This document shows positions 53,045 to 64,000 of a stretch of DNA of 64,000 nt, piece by piece. The notes under the pieces were generated by a model. The model was not told where the DNA came from and searched no databases. It was given only the letters and a program-made list of their open reading frames with translations. A program made the translations under genes and the position numbers. The first letter of the stretch is position 1. Each line of letters starts with the position of its first letter. Source of the stretch: Octopus sinensis (taxonomy: Eukaryota); contig NC_043010.1 of assembly GCF_006345805.1 (NCBI RefSeq), positions 16,430,001-16,494,000 on the forward strand, written 5' to 3'.

Positions 53045-53250
53045 TTGTGGGTTCAATTCCCTGACCAGGCGGTGCGTTGTATTCTTGAACAAAATACTTC
53101 ATTTCATGTTGCTGCAGTCCACTCAGCTGTAAATGGGTACCCCTGCGAAGGAATAGTCTTTCGATCAGAGGGAATATTGACCTGCCCGCCTGGCCAGCGA
53201 GGTAGGATCGTTCCACAACTAAAACCATGCGAAGCTCATTGTGATCAATA
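53045..53250 (+). mobile_element. tRNA-derived SINE, second family, partial
   Basis: B box gggttcaattcc followed by gtattcttgaacaaaatacttcatttcatgttgctgcagtccactcagctg. Confidence 0.65.
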
Positions 53251-53333
53251 ATATGCAACAACATCCGATAGTCTGGTTAATACCGTGGTACCGTCTGAAA
53301 TATACATACATACATAGATATACCCACATACAC

Positions 53334-53372
<39 letters not shown>

Positions 53373-54569
53373 CCAGCTGAATTACCCGGTAGCAAGGGTT
53401 ATTTCCAGTGCCCGTTCCCATTACACTGTTTAATATCCTATCCCGTTCCTTGCTCAGTTCCCGTTTTAGTTCTGCTCCCATCCCTATCATTAATCCTATA
53501 TCAATACGTACACACAGGTAATCACGAGTTAAAATGGTGTATAGTAGACATATATATATATGTATGCATATATGTATGTATGTATGTATGCATGTATGTA
53601 TATATCTATGTATGTATGTATGTCTGAGTGAGTGTTTCTTTGTAATGGACAGCAGAAAAGCCATCAACCCCCTCTCTCTCCTTAAAGCTACGCATTCCTC
53701 ACACCCACCTTTCTGTGTGTGTGTGTGGTTTCTATATATTTACGAAAGTATGTATGCAGCATCGCGTGTATATGACAGCTTTATTAACGTTATCATCCCA
53801 TCCCATTTTCACCGCTGTTCTCGCCTTCACTGATATAACTCACCCTATCTTTGTTACTACCCCAGACTTATAATTTTGCAACCTTCTCATTTTATCATAT
53901 AATTCGCCCGACGCCCCTGAGGGGCACGTTATAGGTTTTTATTGAAATCCAAATAGCCTATTATTGAAGTGAATGTTAGTGTCACATATATGCAGCGTTT
54001 CGTAAGTATTGATTTGGTGGTTTAGGCACTAAGTTGGTAACAGACAGACAGAAAGACAGACAGACAGAAAGAAAGTGCCATTTATATGTATAGATACGTG
54101 TATGCGTGTGTATGTGTGTTATGCGTTCATACATACGTGCACACACACATACACACACCTTATATCCTGTGGGTTCAGGATATATTAGAAATCACTGCTG
54201 AGGGGTTCGAAACCCTTGTAGTTGATTGACATTAATATAAAACAATACAATAAAATAAATTATAAAATTAAAGGAAAACTAAAAAAAATTTAGATTCCGA
54301 TCACATTTATTTTGGAAATACCCACAGAATACACCATTTTGTGGAATTTTTAAATATCTATGGTGAATATTAACATTAAGAAAATAACATAACAGGGCAA
54401 TCTCCTTTGCAATATACATTAAATCAAAATTTGAACTGCATGGGGTGACTAGACAAAAGCGACGTCTACCCCCCACGACAACTGAGCGACGACTATGCCA
54501 CACCACGACTGCAACACACCCTCATTAAATCAGAAGAGAAGAGGAAGGAAGCAAAATAATAATAATGAT

Positions 54570-54618
<49 letters not shown>

Positions 54619-56597
54619 GTAAGTTGCCAACAAGAAATTACGATCATTTAACAAAATTTGGGGTGACAACACACCCCATGTGATTAACGAATGGGTTTAA
54701 TTGTGGAATGTAGAGAGTTATTGGTAGATTTTGTCGCGAATTATATCGTCTCATTGTTAAGAAGCGTTGATATGATGGATGATGTGAGGTCGGCTGTTTG
54801 TGTCTGTTACTTTGAGGCACCTCATCTGTTAAGACTCTAAGATCGGAATTGCGGTTGTTACAGACACAGCGGAAGTTCAAACTCAACAGAACACCCACCC
54901 ACCCATCCACCCCACCCCACCATCAATCATCTTTGTTACATGGACCACTACCACCACCACCACCACCACCACCACCACTACCACCACCACCACTACTACC
55001 ACCACAGTTATTACAACCACTTGGCCTTGCTCACCGTCATTATAGACTTCACATCACTAAACACTATTGTAATCATAATCATTATTTAAACGTCAGCACA
55101 TGAAAAATAAATACACCACCACCACCACCAGTAATACAACCGCCATCATTACCATCACCACCACAACACAACAATCCATTACCACCGCCATCGCCATCGC
55201 CACTAGCGCTACGCCATAACAACAATGGCAAGTCTAATATATCAATAGTAATCGGTCAACTGTTATGATAGTTAAAAATCAGCGATGCTCGATCAATTCC
55301 GTAGTTAAGGAGGCGTGTGATAAAGGTCTTCTCAACAGTTTCACAATTTAACTGACAACATTTGCTCCTCTATTGAATGTCATCAACTCATCTTCATATT
55401 GTCTTTTTCCACCATTTTAATATTTCACATTTCAAGTGCTTTATCATTTCCAGCTGTTGGATTCTGTCATTTTCTTTACCGAGTTGTTGTTTTTCTTCCT
55501 TTTCTGTCTGTCTGTCTGTCTCTCGCTTCCCCCCTCTCTCTCTCTGTGCGCACGTGCGTGCTGTGTGTAGACATACATACATGCGTGCATACACATACAT
55601 AACATACATAATACATACAGACATGCATACATACATAGATACGTACGTACATACATACATACATACACACGTACATACATACATACATACATACATACAT
55701 ACATACACACGTACATACATACATACATACATACATACATACATACATACATACATACATACACACGTACGTACATAGCATTTGATTCCATGTTGACTCA
55801 AATCGACTCTTCTTTTAAAGCTTCGTCGGTGCAGATGTCCCTCTCCATCTTCAGCTGAAAGATGGCTTCTTAGTGAGAATATTTGTGTCTCCATTGGTCA
55901 GTTGAAGCCATGTGAACAGTTTGATAAAATAGCGAAGCCAGATAATTGTAAATGTGTCCACGTGGTAGGGTCAGTTGGCGTCAGATGATCGGTGACCTGA
56001 AGCATTTGAGAATTCATGGACATTAAATCCTGGACTGGAAGCAGTGGGGGTGGTCAGTTTATTGGAACCAATCTGTTTGCCTGTCAAGCACAGCTTGGTT
56101 GTGTAACTTTAGTCGGTTAATGGTGGGTCACGATGATAGTATACAGAAGGGAAATAATTTCTCTGTGAATAAACAGTAATTGTATATCCTACGACTGTGC
56201 ATGGGTCAGCTAGGGCTCAGCTGGTCTTTCCGGATTATCAACAACCAATGTTTGAAGGTCAGTAACAGGCCTTATCTTTAGTGATGACAATAGAACAGAT
56301 CGGTTTTTCTGTTGATGGATACTGTAGGCTGTAACCTTATATTCAGTTTCCCACGGGGTACATGCCGGATTGCCTCGTATTTATATGTTTAATCTTGGTG
56401 TACCTGTTGATGAAGGCTCCGCCTAGCAAATTATTTTATTTGCTAATATAGAGCTAGAAACCATGGTCCATGAGATAGATGTTGTTTTTATTTTTCATTC
56501 CCTTGAAATTTATCCCTAACAGTGGTTTGGATTTTGACTATTCCTTCTAACGAGCTAGGTATCCTATGATGGTTACCTCTTATGTGTTTAAATGTAC

Positions 56598-56650
<53 letters not shown>

Positions 56651-56789
56651 ACCACATACATAATTGTGTGCATTCGTATGTATACACACAAATGTATGAC
56701 CAGGAGAAATTGATATCATCATATGCTATCCAACGATCATTGGTTGTTTTGGCTCTGAACCGTAACACACTCCCGTTCGTGAGTCGGAA

Positions 56790-57135
56790 GTGGTGGCCAT
56801 ATATCATCCTTTCCTGGCTTCCTGCTTAACTCCTCTTTCTAGCTCCACAACCAAACAACAGGTTCTTTCTGCTGCCTCCCCCATTCTGTATACAGCTACC
56901 TTTCGCTCTCTTCCTCTTATTCCAATGGCTGTAATCATTCTCCATACTGATTGGCCAGGAAATTTCGACTGGGAATAACCATGACTGCTATCTCTTCTCA
57001 CTGAAATCCTGGAAACTGCTCTGATACTTGGCACGCACGTCCACTCAAAAATTTGAATGCACTCTGCTTCTCACGGGATTTTAAGGGCGATCAGGATTAT
57101 TTTCTTTGCCTTCTCAGACGACAAAACTACGTCAA
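56790..57135 (-). pseudogene. RLE domain remnant of a CRE/NeSL-like non-LTR element (family D)
   Basis: LDVVLSSEKAKKIILIALKIP*E (PDIVLWS...IELTVPWE) and GQSVWRMITAIGIRGRERK...EAAER. Confidence 0.65.
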
Positions 57136-58682
57136 GCCCCAGGGTTGTCTGGATAACTTGGGGACACTGCAGTCTCCCCCCCCCACCAGGTCTTGGGGAC
57201 ACTGCAGTCTTTCATATCACATGACTGAAATATGCCGTGTGTATGTATGTATGTATATTTGGGGTATCTATGTGTATATGCATGTGCTTTTGTATACGGT
57301 GTGTCGAGTTCCGTCCGTTTATCTCGAAAACAGGTACTTGGCCGTTCGATAAATGAAAGATCAATAAATACGTCCCAGATTGAAAACGGTAATGAGGTCC
57401 GATATGATCGATTGAACCATCTGTACTCAAACTAATAAGCACTGGTTCATCTCTCCAAAGATATCAGTAAGATTTCCCCACCCCACTCTCCTTTCTATTA
57501 AGAAAATAGAGTTGCGTTTATATAATTCTCCTTTCAACAGGTAGCTGTTTTCTCAGAATTATGGGTTCATATGTGTATGTGTGTGTATTTATATGTATGT
57601 ATGACTGTGTAAACGAAATAATTAGACATTCCGATTTACCCGCGCTTTTGTCAATCCTCACAACTCCACCCTTTGATCAAACCTCTCGAAAGGTGGTGCT
57701 CCAGCGCAGACGCCGTCCAACGGCTGAAGCTGATTATAGAGTAAACAGTTGAATTGGAATAACACTTTGGAGAAGTTTGTTTTGAAGCCGTAAACAGCAG
57801 CGCCCTCTTGTAAGAGGAAATAGAGAGAGGAGTGGAACATAACCATCCTGTAATAACATGTTCCATGTCAGTCTTCATTAATGGCTGTCGGAAACATTTC
57901 AATCATTTCTCTTTCAGTTCACTTTATTTATTTCACTCGTTTTCTTCTTTCTTTATTTCACTTCTTATTTCACCCACCACCTCCTCTTCTGCCTTCTCTC
58001 CCTCTCCTTCCCAACTCTCTTCTTCTTCTTCTTCTTCTTCTTCTTCTTCTCTCTCTCTCTCTCTCTCGTCCTTTTTCTCCCCCCCTCACTGCATCCCTTT
58101 CTCTATATCTGTTTCCATCTTCGCCTCTCTTGTTTACTATCTTTATCTCCCCCCTCTCTCTCTCTTTACTCTTCCTACACATTTCTCTCTTTCTCTTTCT
58201 CTCTCTTTCTATAATTTTCTCTCTCCTTTTTAGACCATATTCCCCACCTTTTTACTCTCACTTTCTCTGTCTCCTTCAAAATTCTTTTCCTTTTTCACCT
58301 CCCCTCTCCCCCTCTCTCTTTTATTTCCACTACAAAACTGGAGACCATTTTCATCAGCGAGTGACATATTACATTTCAGAACTATCGCAGGAAAAGCCGC
58401 AACTAGTAAACTTCCTGTAGACCCATCCTGAAAGAGGGTCGACCTCTTTTTCATGTAACAATGCGTTACTTATCGGACAACTACTGTATCTAGTCTGGTG
58501 CCACACTACTTTGAGTCCGATCCCAATCAAGTTCCCTTGTCTGGTCATCCAATAAGTGACGAGCATGAAAGGATCAGCGATATTCCCACTACTGTCCAGC
58601 GAAACCAAGCGCCGACGAGGTGGCAGACGACCGCCGGCGGAGCGAGCGGCTGTCACCGGTGTAGTCGTCGGCGACGATGTTA

Positions 58683-58986
58683 TGTTGTTAGTTCCTTCTC
58701 GAGCCATGCCTGGCTCATAAGGGCCGGTTTCCCGGCTTCTTTGGCGTATAGGTTCCTTCCCCACCTGGACGGGACGCTTGTCCGTCGCAGGTGAGCTGCA
58801 AGATGAAAGAGTGAGAAAAGTTGTGGCGAAAGAGTCAGCAGAAGTTCGCCATTACCTTCTGCCGGAGCCGCGTGGAGCTTAGATGTTTTCACTCATAAAC
58901 ACACACATCGCCCAGTCTGAGATTCGAACCCGCGATCCCTCGACCGCGAGTCCGCTGCTCTAACCACTAGGCCATGTGCCTCCACA
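58683..58986 (-). mobile_element. tRNA(Arg-like)-derived SINE
   Basis: Reverse complement of the 17246 family; head loop gactcgcggtc. Confidence 0.85.
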
Positions 58987-59413
58987 AGGCAACGATGGCG
59001 TCTCAGCAGGAAGCAGCGGACCGAATCCCCTCGTTTGCTCAGACAAAGTTGTTGCTCGATCCTGATAGAGTAGATTTATCATCAAATGCGTTCCAGTTAT
59101 GACCACCTCATTCTATTGTTTATCATTCTATTGTTTATCATTGTTTATCATTAACGAGTTATTTAAATATGTAAGGTATTAAAAACTTGTTTCAGTTTTC
59201 TTGCGGCTCATCCATCCACCTTGCAAGTCCCACGATGAATAAGACCTACATCTATCTCACACGACACAATAATATGTGCTTTCTGAAAAATGCGCTTCAC
59301 TTTCAACTTGCTTTTTTGTTTTATCTGCTATTGTCCCTCACTTTATAACTTCCGCTATAAAGCTTGTGTTTATCACTTGTTGAGCAAACTGAAGAGATTT
59401 TATTAGACTTTAT

Positions 59414-59841
59414 GGATCTTTTCGGTTTGAACGGCAGTTTTTAACATAATTTCTAGGTAACTAAAAAATTTTAAACTTCGTATACTGGTAGAATGTGTTT
59501 ATAAAACATCATTTTCTCTTGGCTTTATTGAGAAAATTCTGTAGTTTGTAACATATTTCGTCTTTAATTTCTTGCATTTCGGCAATTTTAACCAATCACT
59601 GGCTTCTATTGAGTTAAAAAGCATTCTGTGCCGTATGAATATGTCCCTCGTTTAAGAAACAGATTGGGTTTATTTACATTTGTGAAGAAAAAAAAGATAC
59701 CTTTCCCCCCTAACCCTAACACTAACTAACCCTACCCTAAAATAGATTGAAATGCAATAGATCGATACTAGGGTCATAATTATGGGTAACAATTTCATAT
59801 GATACCGCTAGAAAAAACTGCCGTTCAAACCGAAAAGATCC
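59414..59841 (-). mobile_element. Second copy of the GGATC MITE, opposite orientation
   Basis: Same TIRs; TSD gactttat at 59406-59413 and 59842-59849; degenerate ccctaa repeats at ~59705-59740. Confidence 0.92.
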
Positions 59842-60577
59842 GACTTTATACTCACGCATATTCTAAACATACGTACACATTGTTTGTTGTGTAACGTAAC
59901 TGTATGTATGTATGTATGTATGTGTATGTATGTATGTATGTATGTATGTATGTATGTATTTATGTATGGATGTATCAATGTTATCTTGTTTTTAAAATTC
60001 ATCCCCGTCCCTGGAATTTGGATAATAATAACGATAAGAATTAATTGTTGAAGTACATTGAAAATTTCACAGAATATGTTTGCGAGGAGTATGTTAGCTG
60101 GTCACATTTTTGGTTCAAAAGACCCAGTTTTTCAAGATGGCTACCGACACATTCATTGACATCGTCAAGTACAGCAGTAATTATTGATATAAAAGTGAGT
60201 TTACAATCTATGTTCAGAATCTGTAAACTTCGAAGTCAGTGTCTGTAAATACTTTGAAAGAAATGCTCATGCCGGCAGGGAAATTGACCCCTATGGTCCC
60301 TTCCCAACCCTCTCTTTCTTACTATCCCTAATAACTATTTTAGGCTTGTTAGGTTCTGATAAGCCAGCAATATTCCCTGTGTTGATATATATATGCATAC
60401 GCGTGCGCGCACACACACACATACAACATGCAATCCATCTGAAGATTAACCAGCTATTTAACAAGGCTGATGATAGTTGTGGCTCCAAAGTTGGAGATAG
60501 CGTTCATCGTATTTTCGATAAATAGTCTCCTACGCCAAAAACGCAACTTGTCGCTTCGATGTATGTATGTATGTATG

Positions 60578-60608
<31 letters not shown>

Positions 60609-60744
60609 TGTATGTATGTATGTATGTATGTATGTGTGTGTGTGTGTATGCACGTATGTACGTACATACATACATACATACATACTACATACATACATAC
60701 ATACATACATACATACATACATACATACATACATACATACATTT

Positions 60745-61510
60745 GGGATAAAGACGAGAAACTGTTTGCAGTTGTGGAAATTAAATGTGGAAATGGGTTT
60801 GGGTCATTTAAATATCTTGGAACTACAGTAAACTTCAAGAGTGCTCTTGATGACGAAATCAATGTTAGAATAGCTAAGGCCGCAAGTGGTTTTGGAAGAC
60901 TTGCCCATCGTTTCTGGGATGAACACGGTGTCAGTCTGAAAACTAAAATACGTGTATACAAATCTTGCATTTTCAGCATGGACTCCCTACAACAGACATA
61001 TAAAGGAACTTGAAACCTTTCACATGTGCTGTTTGCACATATAAAATATAAAATGGCAAGATAAGATGTCCAATGCCAAAATTTTAGAAAAATGTGGATC
61101 TCCAGTATCCAAAGCATTCTGATGAGAATCCAGTGCAGATGGCTAGGACATATTGTTCGAATGAGGAATAAGCACATTCCGACAATTCTTGTGTATGACC
61201 AACAAGTGGAGGGAAACTGAGGTAAAAGAAGACCCATCCTTATGTATAAGGCTAAGTTGAAGCAATCAATTTCTACAGCTTATCCTGACATTTTGGGAGA
61301 GTCGTTGCCGAGATCGATCTGCACGGCGTAAAATATGTCAGGATGCATTCCAAATAATTTGAGTTGAAGATAAAAGAACACATAGAAAAACTATATCTCG
61401 CAACGAACCGATACACTTGCTCAATTCCATGCAAAATCAAAATCCTCAATGTCCCCTTTGCGACTTCGTAACAAGATCTATTCCTGGCTCTGAAATTGCA
61501 TGTATATCAA
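60745..61510 (+). pseudogene. Decayed RTE-clade LINE (RT C-terminal part)
   Basis: FKYLGT..LDDEINVRIAKAASGFGRL...GVSLKTKIRVY; LETFHMCCL; RWLGHIVRM; terminal CPLC. Confidence 0.85.
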
Positions 61511-61574
61511 GTAAACCAAGATTCTTGCACAACCAGCCCCAAATACCAGCTTACCAGATTTTTATGTTACCATC

Positions 61575-62320
61575 TTGGATAAACCTCTCGAAAAAGTAGC
61601 GCATTTTCCATATCTAGGCAGCCTTTTATCAAACAAGTGCATCTCAGAAAAGGATGTGGACCACAGAATTGGAAGTGCATACGGGGCATTTGGAAAGTTA
61701 AGCAAACGTGTCTTCAACAGCAAAGATCTTAACGAAAATTATGGTTTATAATGCTGCTGTCATCTCAGCCTTGTTATATGGCTGCGAAACCTGGACTCAA
61801 TATCGTCGCGACATCCATAAATTAGAATGTTTTCACCTGCAAAAGGTTCGTTCACTCTTGAGCCTCAAATGGGAACACTATGTAACCAACGAGAAAGTCC
61901 TGGAAAGAGCCAAAGTATCGAATCGCTAATCATGAAACACCATCATCGATGGTCAAGACATGTAGCAAGAATGGAAGAGTGAAGGCCTAGTCTTATTCAG
62001 TGAGATCACTTCGGGAAGAAGATCGTGGGGCTGGCCTCTTCGAAGATAGAACTACCAACTCAAAGCAACACTGAATGCCACTGGAATTGAGCCCAAATCG
62101 TTTGAAACACAAGCTCGAGATTGTACCAAGTGGCAGTATTCCACTACCATCGGAACCAAAAACTTCGAAGCCACCAGAAGAGAAAAGGAAGAAATCAAAC
62201 GACAGGAGAGGAAAGCTCCGACAAAACCAACCTCCTCCTCCGCCAACATTGCCATGCCAGCCAATGCCTTTGACTCTTCTATGCAATAATTGGTCTACAG
62301 AGTCATCGACGGCATCGCCA
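61575..62320 (+). pseudogene. Second decayed RTE-clade LINE fragment
   Basis: FPYLGSLLS...DVDHRIGSAYGAFGKL; VYNAAVISALLYGCETWT..RRDIHKLECFH. Confidence 0.88.
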
Positions 62321-62572
62321 TAAAGGAAGCGTTCAGCAAAGAAGAAAATAAATACTCGGGTACAAGATAAAGCCGACGACGGTTCATAGTATCTGTGTGT
62401 GTGTGTGCGCGTGCGTGTTTGTGTGTGTTGTTGTTGTTGTTGTTGTTGTTGTGTGTGTGTGTGTGCATATATTTATGTGTATATGTAATGTATGTATGTA
62501 TACGTGCCTGTTGAATTGTAAACATGAAGGCATATCATAAATACACATTTTGTGTGTGTGTGTGTGTGTGTG

Positions 62573-62609
<37 letters not shown>

Positions 62610-63231
62610 GCGTCTTTGTATACACAGTTAAACAAGAGGTTTGCTTCTCGTGAAAACAATCTCATCATAGAAATGTTTGACACCAAAACTTGGTCAAGTT
62701 ACCAAATGTTTATTTAAATAAGATATTAACAAGTGTTTCTTGATGGCTTCACATTCGTATACGATTCCTATTTATTTTTTTTATGTACGCCTGTGTGTGT
62801 GTCTACTACTGTAATACATTGCATGTATTATTTCGGTACAATATTCTCTCGGGGTGGAGATCAGCAGTTCAGAACCTAAGAGAGGGAGGGAGGCAAGATG
62901 ATTTTATAGATAAGAATGACTGGAGGTTGTTGGGAGTGGGGAGTCACCCGTATTTACTGAGAAAATATTAATTCCTCACCGCAGGCCGTCATTGAATTCT
63001 TCATTAACGTTAATTAACATCTCACTGTTGTCTCCTTCTGCCATTCTTGCCCTCCCCTCGATACGAATGTCATTTTTAATTATTTAAAATTTGATTGTTT
63101 ACTATGTTAAATATTTTAGCACCAACATAGCTCAATAGATAAATTATTAAGCTACATGCTCATAGGTCACAAGTTCAAACACATCTCAAGTATTTCTTTG
63201 AGTTTCTGCATCACACACACACACACACACA

Positions 63232-63286
<55 letters not shown>

Positions 63287-63339
63287 AGCAGAAAATGGAC
63301 AAAACTTTTGATCAACAAACAAACAAATTGACCAATAAC

Positions 63340-63460
63340 ATTTCTAACGGCCGTTTCGGCTGCTAATGTCAGTCAGAGTCTACAAAGAGAATTCCAAAAA
63401 TAATATTCGTCATCTTTATAGCACATTCGATCTAATAAATGGGGCTTCATCAGAGCGAAT
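63340..63460 (-). ncRNA. Degenerate hammerhead-like motif in a ~250-bp (TA)n-flanked element
   Basis: CUGAUGA (63453-63447) ... GCC GAAAC GGCC GUU^ AGA; palindromic loop III, weak stems I and II. Confidence 0.4.
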
Positions 63461-63552
63461 AGAAATACGTAAAATAAAAGAAGGGAAGAGGAAAGAGGAA
63501 AGAACAGGGCCTCGAGACGAGGCCAAAAGGTTCAATATATATATATAATATG

Positions 63553-64000
63553 GGATCTTTTCGGTTTGAACGGCAGTTTTTTCTAGCGGTGTCATGAAAT
63601 TGTCACCCATAATTATGACCCTAGTATCGATCTATTGCATTTCAATCTGTTTTAGGATTAGGGTTAGTTAGGGTTAGGGTTAGGGTTAGGGGTGGGGAGA
63701 AGGGTATCTTTTTTTCTTCACAAATGTAAGTAAACCCAATCTGTTTCTTAAACGAGGGACATATTCATATGGCACAGAATGTTTTTTTTTTACCTCAATA
63801 GACGTCAGTAATTGGTTGAAATTGCAGAAATTGAAGAAAAAAACAACAAATATCTTACAAACTATAAATTAACTATGATTAGTTGAAATTGCAGAAATTG
63901 AAGAAAAGAAACAACAAATATCTTACAAACTATAGAATTTTCTCAATAAAGCCAAGAGAAAAAGATATTTTATAAACACATTCTACCAGTATACGAAGTT
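63553..64000 (+). mobile_element. Third copy of the GGATC MITE, runs off the window
   Basis: Same left TIR and body; longer TTAGGG tract (~63651-63690); internal ~55-bp duplication. Confidence 0.9.

Noticed and set aside
54849-55103. Poly-proline ORF
   Set aside because: Product of a (CCA)n microsatellite; no supporting splice or homology context.

Overview
Eukaryotic, repeat-saturated, AT-rich DNA with no host protein-coding gene I can support. The SINE families and microsatellite load resemble an octopus (coleoid cephalopod) intergenic or intronic region; this taxon call is from pattern recall, not a search. Nearly all ORFs in the track are microsatellite artefacts. Real coding remnants all come from transposable elements: CR1-type RT, RTE RT, four fragments of RLE-type (R4/Dong-like and CRE/NeSL-like) non-LTR elements, and GIY-YIG endonucleases of Penelope-like elements (PLEs). 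Also present are a 1.25-kb solo LTR with a 4-bp TSD, hAT-type MITEs, a three-copy GGATC-ended MITE with 8-bp TSDs and internal TTAGGG repeats, many tRNA-derived SINEs, and a ~1.9-kb duplication around a 100-N gap that is probably an assembly artefact. The most interesting signal is a set of short, often fold-back elements lodged in (TA)n tracts that carry minimal type-I hammerhead ribozyme motifs (best at 13705-13799, 30455-30497 and 52109-52197, all minus strand). In one case the predicted cleavage site coincides with the boundary of an inverted PLE terminal repeat. Hammerheads in PLEs are an established phenomenon, so any novelty would lie in these particular families. Coordinates were counted by hand; TSD/TIR/ribozyme positions should be near exact, decayed TE edges are approximate.
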